Shown: piece after piece, positions 17,314-26,169 of the stretch
Numbering within the stretch: position 1 is the stretch's first letter
Layout of the letters: each line of letters opens with the position of its first letter
Translations under genes and position numbers: made by a program
The notes under the pieces: generated by a model
Seen by the model: the letters and a program-made list of their open reading frames with translations, nothing else
What the model was told of the DNA's origin: nothing
Databases searched by the model: none
Assembly (NCBI GenBank): GCA_965651925.1
Contig: CBFGUK010000005.1
Coordinates: 357 to 64,356, forward strand
Length of the DNA stretch: 64,000 nucleotides
Direction of reading: 5' to 3'
Source: an uncultured bacterium
Lineage (GTDB): Bacteria; Desulfobacterota; Binatia; HRBIN30; CADEER01

Positions 17314-18456
17314 ATGAAGGATCAGGTGGCGGTCATCGGGGTCGGCTGCACGAAGTTCGGCGACCTCTGGGAGCTCGGCTACGAGGATCTCATCTGCGAG
17401 GCGGCGTTCGCGGCGTATCGCGACGCGCGCATTGATCCCGCCGACATCCAGGCGGCGTACCTCGGCACGTACATGCCGGGCGCGGCGGGCGGCAAGGCGG
17501 CGGTGTCGCTCGGCGACGCGCTGCGCCTCTACGATCGGCCGATCACGCGCGTCGAGAACTACTGCGCCACCGGCACCGACGCGTTCCGCAATGCCTGTCT
17601 GGCGGTCGCCTCGGGCACGTATGACGTCGTGCTCGTGCTCGGCGCCGAGAAGCTCAAGGACCGCGGCGGCCGCGGCCTGCCGCGCTTCGGCCACCCGCTG
17701 CTCGCCAAGGGCAACTCCGCCCCCGGGCTCTTCGCGCTCGCCGCGAACCGCTACATGCACACGTTCGACGTCGGCCGCGAGACGCTGGCGAAGATCGCCG
17801 TCAAGAATCACTACAACGGCGCGCGCAACCCGAAGGCGCACCTGCGCATGGAGGTCACCGAGGAGAAGGTGCTCGCGGCGCCGATGATTTCCTCGCCGTT
17901 CGGGCTGTTCGACTGCTGCCCGACCACCGACGGCGCGGCGGCGGCGATCGTCTGCCGTGCCGACCTCGCGCGCCGCTACACCGACCACCCGGTGCTGGTG
18001 AAGGGCGTCGGGCTGGCCGTGACCACGGGCCGCCCGTACTTCGATCCGACGTTCGATTATCTCGGCTTCCGCTCGACGCAGCAGGCGGCGCAGCAGGCCT
18101 ACCGCATGGCCGGCATCGCTCCGCAGGACGTCGATTTCGCCGAGGTGCACGACTGCTTCACGTGGACCGAGCTGTCGAACATCGAAGATCTCGGGTTCTG
18201 CGAGAAGGGAACCGGCAAGGCGCTCGTGCACGAGGGGCGGACCGCGCTGACGGGCGACATCCCGATCAATCCGAGCGGCGGGCTGAAGTCCTTCGGCCAC
18301 CCGATCGGCGCCAGCGGCGTGCGGATGATCTACGAGTGCGTCACCCAGCTGCGCGGCGAGGGCGGCGAACGCCAGGTGCGCACCCCCGAACTCGGGCTGG
18401 CGCACAACGTCGGCGGTCCCGGTGCCGTCGCCTGCGTCATCGTGCTCGGGCACTGA
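17314..18456 (+). CDS. Thiolase-domain protein (SCP-x / archaeal-type acetyl-CoA acetyltransferase family)
   Basis: 380-aa ORF. Contains VAVIGVGCTKFG, VENYCATGTDAF (nucleophile Cys context), NPSGGLKSFGHPIGASGVRM and AHNVGGPG. Confidence 0.85.
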   Translation: MKDQVAVIGVGCTKFGDLWELGYEDLICEAAFAAYRDARIDPADIQAAYLGTYMPGAAGGKAAVSLGDALRLYDRPITRVENYCATGTDAFRNACLAVASGTYDVVLVLGAEKLKDRGGRGLPRFGHPLLAKGNSAPGLFALAANRYMHTFDVGRETLAKIAVKNHYNGARNPKAHLRMEVTEEKVLAAPMISSPFGLFDCCPTTDGAAAAIVCRADLARRYTDHPVLVKGVGLAVTTGRPYFDPTFDYLGFRSTQQAAQQAYRMAGIAPQDVDFAEVHDCFTWTELSNIEDLGFCEKGTGKALVHEGRTALTGDIPINPSGGLKSFGHPIGASGVRMIYECVTQLRGEGGERQVRTPELGLAHNVGGPGAVACVIVLGH

Positions 18457-18597
18457 CGTGGCATCTGCAGTGTCATAATCTCGCCGGCCTGCCACTGCAG
18501 GGCGCCGCCGGCCCGTCGCGTCGATCACGCCGGCGCCCCTGCACTGCCGGCACGCGCCTGTGGCCGGCATGGCGTTCGATTTGCAGTCGCGTGCCGC

Positions 18598-20247
18598 ATG
18601 ATGAACGCGAGCGGCATGGCCGGGGGGACGTCCCCCGAGAGGAGTGCGATCATCGCCGCGCTCGAACCGCGGCGTGTCGTCGTCCTGCTGCGCGCGGTGG
18701 TCATCGCCACCTGCGCCTACCTGGTGTTCACCGCCGAGCCGATCGCCGCCGGGGCGGTGCTGGCCGTCATCGGCCTCGTCGTCTCCAACGTGCTGCTCGC
18801 CTGCGCGCCGCGCGCCTGGTTCCACAAGCCGCAGTTCGGGCCGGCGCTGCTGCTCTGCGACACGGCGGTCATCCTGCTCGGCCTCTCCTGGAGCCACGGG
18901 CTCTCGCAGGACCTGCTGCTCGCCTACTTCTTCATCGTCTTCCTCGTCACGATCGGTGAGACGATCGGTCAGATTGCCATCGGCGGCGCGCTCATTGCCG
19001 CCGTCTACGGCTACTGGCTGTGGGAGAGCGGCAGCGCCACGCTCGCCTCGGACGCCTGGGTGCGGCTGCCGTTCTTCTTCCTCGTCGCGGTCTTCTACGC
19101 CTCGCTGATCGAGCAGCTGAAGCGCGAGCGCCACCGCCGCGAGGAGGCGGAGACCGAGAACCAGCATCTGCGCTTCCTGCTCGATCTCGCCGGCGTGTTC
19201 TCCGAAACGCACGCGACGCGCGAGTTCGTGCGCGGACTTGGTCGCTTCGTCGAGAACACCTGTCCGGGCCTGCGCTGCCACATCGCGCTCGCCGAGCACG
19301 AGCCGTGCGCGCTGGCGCATCCCGTCACGTTCCCGCTGCGCGCGCATGGTGAAGCGTACGGCGCGCTGTTCGTGCAGGCCGAGAGCGGCCGCGCCCTGAC
19401 GCAGCGCGAACGCTGGCTGTGCCAGATGGTCGCGCACGCCACCGCCGGCGCGCTCTACAGCGCCGAGCAGTCCGATGCCGCGCGCGTCGCCGCGGATGCC
19501 AAGGATCAGTTCCTCGCCACCGTGTCGCACGAATTCCGCACGCCGCTGCATGCGATCCTCGGCTATCTCGACGTGGTCGACAGCTCCGGGTCCACGGCGC
19601 AGGACGCGGTGCTCGCCGAGAGCATCGAGCGCATGCGCGTCAACGCCTGCCGCCTGCAGCATCTGCTCGAGGAGCTGCTGAGCTTCGCCGAGATCCGCTC
19701 CGGGCGCCGCGCCGTGCGTCCCGAGACGGTCCGGCTCACGGAGGTGATCGAGGCGCTGCTGCCGCTCACCCGCGAGCTCACCGAAGGCAAGCCGGTCACC
19801 ATCTCGGCGCTGGTCGACGACGCCGCCGACGAGCTGCGCACCGACCCGCGCAAGCTGAGCCGTGCGCTCGGTTGTCTGCTGAGCAATGCCGCGAAGTTCA
19901 CCGAGGCGGGGGAAATCCGCATCGCGGCGCGGCGTGCCGGCGACGGGCTGGTCGAGATCGCGATCGCCGATTCGGGCATCGGCATCGCGCCGCACGACCT
20001 GGCGATCATCTTCGACGACTTCCGCCAGGTCGACGGCTCGTTCACGCGCCGCTTCGGCGGGCTCGGCATTGGCCTCACGCTGGCGCGCGAGCTCGTCGGC
20101 CTGCTCGGCGGCACGCTCGAGATCGAGAGCGAGGTGGCCGTCGGCACCACCGTCCGTGTGCGCCTGCCACAGGTGCTCGGCGAGGCGCTGCAGCCGATGC
20201 TGCGCCCGGCGCGGGTCCGCGACGTCGCGTTCGCCGCGGCGGGGTGA
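18598..20247 (+). CDS. Membrane-bound sensor histidine kinase (orphan)
   Basis: 549-aa ORF with about 5-6 N-terminal TM helices and a central GAF-like segment. Contains FLATVSHEFRTPLHAILGY (H-box), LLSNAAKFT (N-box), DSGIGI and GGLGIGLTLAREL (G-boxes). No response regulator is adjacent. Confidence 0.85.
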   Translation: MMNASGMAGGTSPERSAIIAALEPRRVVVLLRAVVIATCAYLVFTAEPIAAGAVLAVIGLVVSNVLLACAPRAWFHKPQFGPALLLCDTAVILLGLSWSHGLSQDLLLAYFFIVFLVTIGETIGQIAIGGALIAAVYGYWLWESGSATLASDAWVRLPFFFLVAVFYASLIEQLKRERHRREEAETENQHLRFLLDLAGVFSETHATREFVRGLGRFVENTCPGLRCHIALAEHEPCALAHPVTFPLRAHGEAYGALFVQAESGRALTQRERWLCQMVAHATAGALYSAEQSDAARVAADAKDQFLATVSHEFRTPLHAILGYLDVVDSSGSTAQDAVLAESIERMRVNACRLQHLLEELLSFAEIRSGRRAVRPETVRLTEVIEALLPLTRELTEGKPVTISALVDDAADELRTDPRKLSRALGCLLSNAAKFTEAGEIRIAARRAGDGLVEIAIADSGIGIAPHDLAIIFDDFRQVDGSFTRRFGGLGIGLTLARELVGLLGGTLEIESEVAVGTTVRVRLPQVLGEALQPMLRPARVRDVAFAAAG

Positions 20248-20251
20248 GTGG

Positions 20252-20272
20252 GTCAGCCGTCAGCCGTCAGCG
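20252..20272. repeat. Tandem heptamer GTCAGCC x3
   Basis: GTCAGCC GTCAGCC GTCAGCG read directly, 5 nt after the kinase stop codon. Confidence 0.9.
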
Positions 20273-20410
20273 GGTGCAGGAATCCCCTGCAGGGCGCCGC
20301 TCCGTCGACGCCTGTTGGAAGGGCCGGTCGCGCTCAATCCGGCAGGCGCCGACAAAGCGGCGCCCTCCAGAAGATGCATCGGTGGCGGATCATCCCGGAA
20401 TCGATGGGCA

Positions 20411-20438
20411 GCTGACAGCTGACCGCTGTCGGCTCAAC
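20411..20438. repeat. Tandem heptamer GCTGACA GCTGACC GCTGTCG GCTCAAC (inverse orientation of the 20252 array)
   Basis: Read directly. GGCTGAC is the reverse complement of GTCAGCC. Confidence 0.8.
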
Positions 20439-20842
20439 TACAACAGGTCCGCGGCGAGCGAGGCGAACTTGCCGAGCCACGGACCGAGCGAGAGCACGCA
20501 GTACACCGCGGCCAGGCCGCGCATGATGTGGAGGCCGACCGGCGGCGGCGCCGTCCGGTGCAGCAGTACGAGCAGCCCGCAGGCCTTGGCCTTGAACAGC
20601 AGCAGCGTCGGCCCGATGCCGATCAGGCCGAACGCGGCCACGAGGATCGGGTTCGCCTCTTTGAAGCCGAGACGCAGACCCTGATAGGTCGCGACGCCGT
20701 CGAACAGCTGCAGCGCGAGGTTCAGGACCAGCAAGCGGTGTACGTGCACGTCCACGTCCCGAGTCTGTTCCCCCGCCGCGTCCGTGTCCACGGGCGGATC
20801 CTGCCGGGCCGATTTACGGATTGCGAGCACAAAGCACAGCAT
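20438..20842 (-). CDS. Small integral membrane protein (DUF5658-like); start uncertain
   Basis: C-terminal 134 aa of ORF 20438..21163. Contains LLVLNLALQLFDGVATYQGLRLGFKEANPILVAAFG..., with about 3 TM helices. Alternative GTG starts lie near 20751-20757. Confidence 0.45.
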   Translation of the reverse strand: MLCFVLAIRKSARQDPPVDTDAAGEQTRDVDVHVHRLLVLNLALQLFDGVATYQGLRLGFKEANPILVAAFGLIGIGPTLLLFKAKACGLLVLLHRTAPPPVGLHIMRGLAAVYCVLSLGPWLGKFASLAADLL

Positions 20843-20933
20843 CCGGTGCAGCGCATGCGAGAGCGCACACGGAGCCGCTCCAGCGGAGACGGGGCGCACA
20901 GCGCAGCGCAGGCGCAGTGACGAGCCGGATCGT

Positions 20934-22142
20934 TCAGACGAGCACGCCCGCGGCGCGCAGTGCGGCGATGCGGGCGTCGTCGTAGCCGACGATGCGGCGC
21001 AGGACGTCGTCGGTGTGCTCGCCGAGGCAGGGGGCGGCGCGCTCGACCATGCAGGGCGTGTCGGACATCTGCCAGGGGATGCCGAGATGGAGGCGCGTGC
21101 CGATCTCGGCGTGGTCGCGTTGAACGAAGAAGCCGCTCGCCGCGAGGTCGGGATCCTCCGCAAGATCCCTGCTGGTCATCGACAGCGATGCCGGCACGCC
21201 GGCCGCCTGCAGTGTCGCGACCACCGCCTCGGCGCTCTGCTCGCGGGTCCACTCGCCGATGAGTGTCTCGAGCGCGTCCTCGTTCGCCTGGCGGGCGGCG
21301 AGTGTGGCGAAGCGCGCGTCCCCGGCCAGCGCGGGCTGATCCATGCAGGCGGCGAGCGCCGCCCAGTCGGTGTCGTCGCGCGCGGCGATTGCCACCCAGC
21401 GCTGCTCGCCGGCGCAGCGGAAGACGCCGTGCGGTGCCATGTGCGGATCGCGATTGCCGCGGCGCGGTGGCGCGGCGCCGCCGAGAGACTCGGCGAGGAC
21501 GCCTTCGCCGAGCACGGCGACGCTCGTCTCCCACTGCGAGAGGTCGATGTACTGGCCGGCGCCGGTTTCGGCGCGATGCCAGAGCGCCGCGAGCACCGCC
21601 AACGCGCCGTGCAGGCCGCCGGTCGGATCGCCGTAGGAGATGCCGACGTGCATCGGCGGCCAGCCGGCGTAGCCGGTCAGCGAGGACATCCCGGAGAGCG
21701 GCACCTGGGCCGGGCCGTAGGAGACGAAGTCGGCATCCGGGCCGCTCGCGCCGTACCCGGACAGCGCGATCATGATCAGGTCCGGCCGCCGCGCGCGCAG
21801 CGCCTCGTAGCCGAGCCCCATGCGCTCCATCACGCCGGCGGCGAAGTTCTCGCAGACGATATCGCACTGGGCGACGAGATCCTGCGCCACCTCGATGGCC
21901 GCCGGCTGCTTGAGATCGAGCGCCAGGCTGAGCTTGCCCTGATTGTACTGGTTGAAGTAGCCGCTGCGATTCGGTCCGGGCACGCCGTCGGCGAACGGCG
22001 GCAGCAGGCGCGTCACGCAGGTGCGCGTCGCGCTCTCGATGCGGATCACCTCGGCGCCGAGATGGGCGAGCTGCAGCGTGCAGAACGGGCCGGCCCACAC
22101 CCAGGTGAAGTCGGCGACGCGGATGCCGTCGAGCGGGCGCAT
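20934..22142 (-). CDS. CaiB/BaiF family (class III) CoA-transferase
   Basis: 402-aa ORF. Contains MRPLDGIRVADFTWVWAGPFCTLQLAHLGAEVIRIE, ...NRSGYFNQYNQGK... and ...GDPTGG... Confidence 0.9.
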   Translation of the reverse strand: MRPLDGIRVADFTWVWAGPFCTLQLAHLGAEVIRIESATRTCVTRLLPPFADGVPGPNRSGYFNQYNQGKLSLALDLKQPAAIEVAQDLVAQCDIVCENFAAGVMERMGLGYEALRARRPDLIMIALSGYGASGPDADFVSYGPAQVPLSGMSSLTGYAGWPPMHVGISYGDPTGGLHGALAVLAALWHRAETGAGQYIDLSQWETSVAVLGEGVLAESLGGAAPPRRGNRDPHMAPHGVFRCAGEQRWVAIAARDDTDWAALAACMDQPALAGDARFATLAARQANEDALETLIGEWTREQSAEAVVATLQAAGVPASLSMTSRDLAEDPDLAASGFFVQRDHAEIGTRLHLGIPWQMSDTPCMVERAAPCLGEHTDDVLRRIVGYDDARIAALRAAGVLV

Positions 22143-22196
22143 GGGTCAGGGGCTCCGCTGGTCGCAGCGACGCGCGACTCGCGAAGCGGACGGCGT

Positions 22197-22228
22197 GCGG
22201 AGGTGCGGAGGTGCGGAGGTGCGGAGGG
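22197..22228. repeat. Tandem octamer GCGGAGGT x3 + GCGGAGGG
   Basis: Read directly in the 89-nt spacer between the two minus-strand CoA-transferase genes, so it is antisense to them. Confidence 0.9.
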
Positions 22229-22231
22229 GTG

Positions 22232-23392
22232 TCATGCGTGCATCGCGGCGAGAATCTCGGCGGTGTGTTCGCCGAGGCGCGGGGCCGGGCGACGGATGGC
22301 CCACGGCGTCGCCGACAGGCGGTACGGGGCGCCGGGAACGGTGACCGGCGTGCCGCCGGCGTCGAGTACGGCGAAGAAGCCGCGCGCCTTGAGGTGCGGC
22401 GAGGCGAGCAGGTCTCCCATCGTCGAGACCGGCGCGAACGGAATGCGGCGCCGCTGCGCGGCGGTGTACACGTCCATCACCGCGTGCTCGCCTGCCCACT
22501 CCTGGAGGAAGAGCTTGAGCGCGTCCCAGTTCGCGCCGCGGCTCAGGCGATCGGCGAACAGCTCGAGGCCGGCCCACTCCGGTGAGCCGATCATGCGGAC
22601 GAACTCCTGCCACTGGTGTTCCTCGACGCAGCAGATGAACACCCAGCCGTCGCGGCACTCGAGGAAGTCGAGCGGCTGGATCGGCTTGCGGCCGAGGCGC
22701 GAGGCGATCAGTCCCTGGTACGGCCAGTACTCGAACGTCAGCTCGAGGATTGCGGCCAGTGCCTGCTGGATCGAGATGACGACGTGCTGGCCGCGGCCGG
22801 TCCGACGGCGCGCGAGCAGGGCGCCGAGCGCGGCGAGTGCGGCATTGACGCCGCCCTGGTAGGCGGCCTGCTGGCCGAAGGGCTTGAGCGGCGGCAGGTC
22901 CTCCGCCTCCGGCCCGCCGCCGTTCAGATACGCGATGCCGCCGGCGTTCCACAGCGTCAGGTCGGTCGCCGCCCAGTCGCGCTTCGGGCCGTGCAGGCCG
23001 TACGGCGTGATCGAGGTCATCACCAGCCGCGGATTGACGGCCGCGAGCTCCTCGTACACCAGCCCGTGGGCGGCCATCGCCGCCGGCGGGACGTCGTGGA
23101 CGAGGAGATCGGCGTGTCGCGCCAGGGCGGTGAGGGCCGTGCGGTCGGCGGCGGTCGACGGGTCGAGGACGATGCCGCGCTTGTTGGTGTTCAGATAGAG
23201 GAAGAAGCCGCTGCGCTCCGGGTCGGGGATGCCGCCGGGGTAGGGACCGCGGTGGCGCGCCGGATCGCCCGCCGGGGGTTCGACCTTGATCACCTCCGCG
23301 CCGAGGTCGGCGAGCAGCTTGCCGGCATATGCCGCCGCGACCTGCTCGCCGCATTCGATGACCCGCAGCCCGCCCAGCGCCGTCGGCGACAT
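22232..23392 (-). CDS. CaiB/BaiF family (class III) CoA-transferase
   Basis: 386-aa ORF. Contains LGGLRVIECGEQVAAAYAGKLLADLGAEVIKVEPP and ...ERSGFFLYLNTNKRG... Confidence 0.9.
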   Translation of the reverse strand: MSPTALGGLRVIECGEQVAAAYAGKLLADLGAEVIKVEPPAGDPARHRGPYPGGIPDPERSGFFLYLNTNKRGIVLDPSTAADRTALTALARHADLLVHDVPPAAMAAHGLVYEELAAVNPRLVMTSITPYGLHGPKRDWAATDLTLWNAGGIAYLNGGGPEAEDLPPLKPFGQQAAYQGGVNAALAALGALLARRRTGRGQHVVISIQQALAAILELTFEYWPYQGLIASRLGRKPIQPLDFLECRDGWVFICCVEEHQWQEFVRMIGSPEWAGLELFADRLSRGANWDALKLFLQEWAGEHAVMDVYTAAQRRRIPFAPVSTMGDLLASPHLKARGFFAVLDAGGTPVTVPGAPYRLSATPWAIRRPAPRLGEHTAEILAAMHA

Positions 23393-23622
23393 GGCCGGCG
23401 CTTAGCGCAGCGGCGTGCCGATCGGCAACCGCGGGCGTGCGCTCCCGCTTGCGCGCCAAGCGCTTGCGCGGCTTGACAACTTTCCGAACGACCGGCAAAG
23501 CTCCGACCATCAGCAAGACATCGTGGAGAGTGGCGCACGCGCTGCGCACCGGGCGGTGCATCTGCACCAGAGCCTGACCCGCGAATCCAACCATCAATCC
23601 ACTGCCGACGCCGAGGGAGGGT

Positions 23623-24996
23623 GTGGTGAGCCGCATGCGAAAAGTGACGAGAGGAACGTTCGCAACGTGGGGACTGCTTGCCGTTGCGGGCATCGCACTG
23701 GCCGGAACCGCGGCGCTGTCCTTTGCTCCGCATGTCGAGATTTCGCTCGGTCCGCCCGACTGCACGGCCGGCGTCGACTGCTCGGAAGGCGCGTTCGCCG
23801 TGGTCGCCGGTGACTTCAACGGCGACGGCAACCTCGACGTCGCCACCGCGAACAACGGGTCGGACGACGCGACGGTGTTCTTCGGCGACGGCGCGGGCGG
23901 CCTGACCGTGGCGCAGACGCTGACCGCCGGCGTGGCGCCGAGCGCGATCGCCACCGGCGATCTCGACGGCGATGCCGTGCTCGATCTCGCGGTCGCCAAC
24001 GACATCGGCAACTCGGTCAGCTTCTTCCTCAACGACGGCTCGGGCACGTTCGGCGAGGCGACGACGCTCGATACCGGCTCGTCGCCGAGCGGCATCGTGC
24101 TCGCGGATTTCAACGGTGACGGCAACACCGATGTCGCCACCGCGGATCTCTTCGGCGGGACGGTGTCGGTGCGGCTCGGCAACGGTGACGGCACGTTCGG
24201 CGAGATCCTCACCACCGAGACCGGCGGCGGACCGATCAGCCTGGCCGCCGGACGGCTGGACGCCGGCGACGTGCTCGATCTCGCCGTGAGCCTGAATGAC
24301 GACGCGGTCATGCTGCCGCTGCTGGGCAATGGCGACGGCACCTTCACGCTCGGCGAGCCGAGCGCGGTCGAGGAGTCGCCGCAGGGGCTGACGATCGCCG
24401 ATCTCGACGGCGACGGCGATGCCGACGTGGCAGTGGCCACGGAATTCTTCGATACGCTCTCGGTGCTGCTCGGCAACGGCGACGGCACGTTCGCCGAGGC
24501 GGTGCACTACGAGGTCGGCGCCTATCCCGAGACGGTCGTTGCCGCCGATCTGAACGGCGACGGCATTCCCGATCTCGCCACGTCCGACAATCTCGGCACG
24601 CTCGAGTTCGACGGCAGCGTCTCGGTACTGCTCGGCAACGGCGACGGCACCTTCGCCGACGCGGAGACCTTCGAGGCCGGCGTCGGCCCGTGGGGCATGG
24701 TGGCCGCGGACCTCAACGGCGACCGCCTGCCGGACCTGATCACGGCCAACTTCGATGCCGAAGACATCTCGCTGCTCGAGAACACCGGCACGCCGCCGAC
24801 GCCGAGCTGCGTCGGCGACTGCAACGGCGACGGCGAGGTGTCGATCAACGAGCTGATCACCGGCGTCAACATCGCGCTCGGCAGCGCCCCCGTCAGCTCC
24901 TGCGAAGCGATCGACGAGAACGGCAACGGCGAAGTGACGATCAACGAGCTGATCTCGGCGGTCAACAACGCTTTGACCGGCTGTCCTGCAGCATAA
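23623..24996 (+). CDS. Secreted FG-GAP repeat (beta-propeller) protein with C-terminal dockerin-like double EF-hand module
   Basis: 457-aa ORF with a signal peptide (TFATWGLLAVAGIALAGTAA). About 7 repeats of the GDFNGDGNLDVA / LLGNGDGTF type. C-terminus is CVGDCNGDGEVSINELITGVNIALG...CEAIDENGNGEVTINELISAVNNALTGC. Confidence 0.8.
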   Translation: MVSRMRKVTRGTFATWGLLAVAGIALAGTAALSFAPHVEISLGPPDCTAGVDCSEGAFAVVAGDFNGDGNLDVATANNGSDDATVFFGDGAGGLTVAQTLTAGVAPSAIATGDLDGDAVLDLAVANDIGNSVSFFLNDGSGTFGEATTLDTGSSPSGIVLADFNGDGNTDVATADLFGGTVSVRLGNGDGTFGEILTTETGGGPISLAAGRLDAGDVLDLAVSLNDDAVMLPLLGNGDGTFTLGEPSAVEESPQGLTIADLDGDGDADVAVATEFFDTLSVLLGNGDGTFAEAVHYEVGAYPETVVAADLNGDGIPDLATSDNLGTLEFDGSVSVLLGNGDGTFADAETFEAGVGPWGMVAADLNGDRLPDLITANFDAEDISLLENTGTPPTPSCVGDCNGDGEVSINELITGVNIALGSAPVSSCEAIDENGNGEVTINELISAVNNALTGCPAA

Positions 24997-25124
24997 CCGC
25001 GCCCCGTGGCACCTTTGACAACATCTTAATTCGTGAGGTAGCAGTGGCACACTCGTTCAGACCCGGGACACACGTGGGACAGCGCGGCGCAGCGTCGGCA
25101 GGACGCGCGCGAGGAGGCGCACGG

Positions 25125-26060
25125 ATGCTGCAGAGGGTTGCGTTGGTGGTGGGGGGAGCACTGTGCGTCATCGGCGCCAGCGCCGTTCACGCCCAACCCT
25201 GTCCGACCCCGGTGGCGGTCACCACCGCCTGCACCGGCAGCAGCTGTGCGGTGCTCGACATCGGCGACGCGAACGGCAACAGCACCACCGCCGGCACGGT
25301 GGAGATCAGCTTCTCGCAGGCCCCCGACAACGGGCAGGCGCAGAGCGGCGCGGATGATGTCGCGGCGATCGCCTTCACCGTCGGCATGCCCGGCACCGGC
25401 AGCGGCGAGCCGCCGCTGGTCTTCGACTGCGTCGAGGGCGCGCTGGCTGCGGGCGCGGTCGAGGTGGATGCCGCCATTGCCGACACGTTCCAGGTGGTCG
25501 TCGAGAACGCGCAGTGCACGAACCGCAATCGCTGCCTGTGCCCGACCGGCGACGGCCAACAGCGTGACGACTTCGTCAACCTCGCCGTCTACGGTCCGAA
25601 GACGCTTCCCGAGCAGGGGCCGGTGACCATCCCGGCGCTGCCCGACAGCGGCGTGCTCGTCCGCCTGAACCTCAAGGCGGCCGAGGGTGCGACCGGCATG
25701 GTGCCGCTCAAGGTGTTCTCGGCGCTCGATGCGACCCGGCCGCAGTTCGCTGCCAACCTGTCGATCGGCGATCAGTCGGCCTGTGACGTCAGCGCCACCG
25801 AAGCCGGCGTGAGCACGGTGCAGCTGAACGGCGGCACGTTCACGATCGGGGGCGTCACCCCGCCGCCGACCGGCTGCGTCGGCGACTGCAATACCGACGG
25901 CAGCGTCGCGATCAACGAGCTGATCATCGGCGTGAACATCGCCCTCGGGTCGACCCCGGTCGGGAACTGTTCCTCGTTCGACGTCAACAGCAATGGCAGC
26001 GTCGAAATCAACGAGCTCATCAGCGCGGTCAACAACGCCCTGAACGGCTGTCCTTCGTAG
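25125..26060 (+). CDS. Secreted protein: cohesin-like beta-sandwich plus C-terminal dockerin-like module
   Basis: ATG 25125 (GAGGAGG upstream) inside ORF 24690..26060. Signal peptide MLQRVALVVGGALCVIGASAVHAQ. Central part (AGTVEISFSQ..., VAAIAFTVGMPG..., GVLVRLNLKAAEGATGMVPLKV) resembles a cohesin by eye. C-terminus is CVGDCNTDGSVAINELIIGVNIALG...FDVNSNGSVEINELISAVNNALNGC. Confidence 0.65.
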   Translation: MLQRVALVVGGALCVIGASAVHAQPCPTPVAVTTACTGSSCAVLDIGDANGNSTTAGTVEISFSQAPDNGQAQSGADDVAAIAFTVGMPGTGSGEPPLVFDCVEGALAAGAVEVDAAIADTFQVVVENAQCTNRNRCLCPTGDGQQRDDFVNLAVYGPKTLPEQGPVTIPALPDSGVLVRLNLKAAEGATGMVPLKVFSALDATRPQFAANLSIGDQSACDVSATEAGVSTVQLNGGTFTIGGVTPPPTGCVGDCNTDGSVAINELIIGVNIALGSTPVGNCSSFDVNSNGSVEINELISAVNNALNGCPS

Positions 26061-26169
26061 GACGGCTTGCGTGCCGCGCAGCAGTCCGTATTGTTAGCGT
26101 TCGAGAGTTGCTTGGGAACATCCGTAACGCTATGAACCGCCAACCGAACTATCCAGGGGAGGGCAAGAG

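Noticed and set aside
17167-19995. 942-aa minus-strand ORF
   Set aside because: It is antisense to the thiolase and histidine-kinase genes, both of which carry unambiguous catalytic motifs. Its sequence is low-complexity.
18511-20302. 14-nt direct repeat CTGCAGGGCGCCGC on both sides of the histidine-kinase gene (18511-18524 and 20289-20302), considered as a possible insertion footprint
   Set aside because: At this GC content, dozens of 14-mer coincidences are expected in 64 kb. No integrase, transposase or composition shift accompanies the gene.
20252-20438. Could the heptamer arrays here and at 32726-32890 be CRISPR arrays?
   Set aside because: The units are only 7 nt and directly abutting, with no spacers. 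There are no cas genes in the window. They are microsatellite-like tandem repeats, not CRISPRs.
22146-24488. 780-aa minus-strand ORF, and the 586-aa ORF at 23290..25050
   Set aside because: Both are out of frame with, or antisense to, the CoA-transferase and FG-GAP/dockerin genes. They are Ser/Pro/Arg-rich with no domain signatures.
24997-25124. Sigma-54 style TGGCAC motifs (two GTGGCAC copies) and a TTGACA at 25012 upstream of the second dockerin gene
   Set aside because: No properly spaced TTGC -12 element follows either TGGCAC. The candidate -10 for the TTGACA is poor. Too weak to call.
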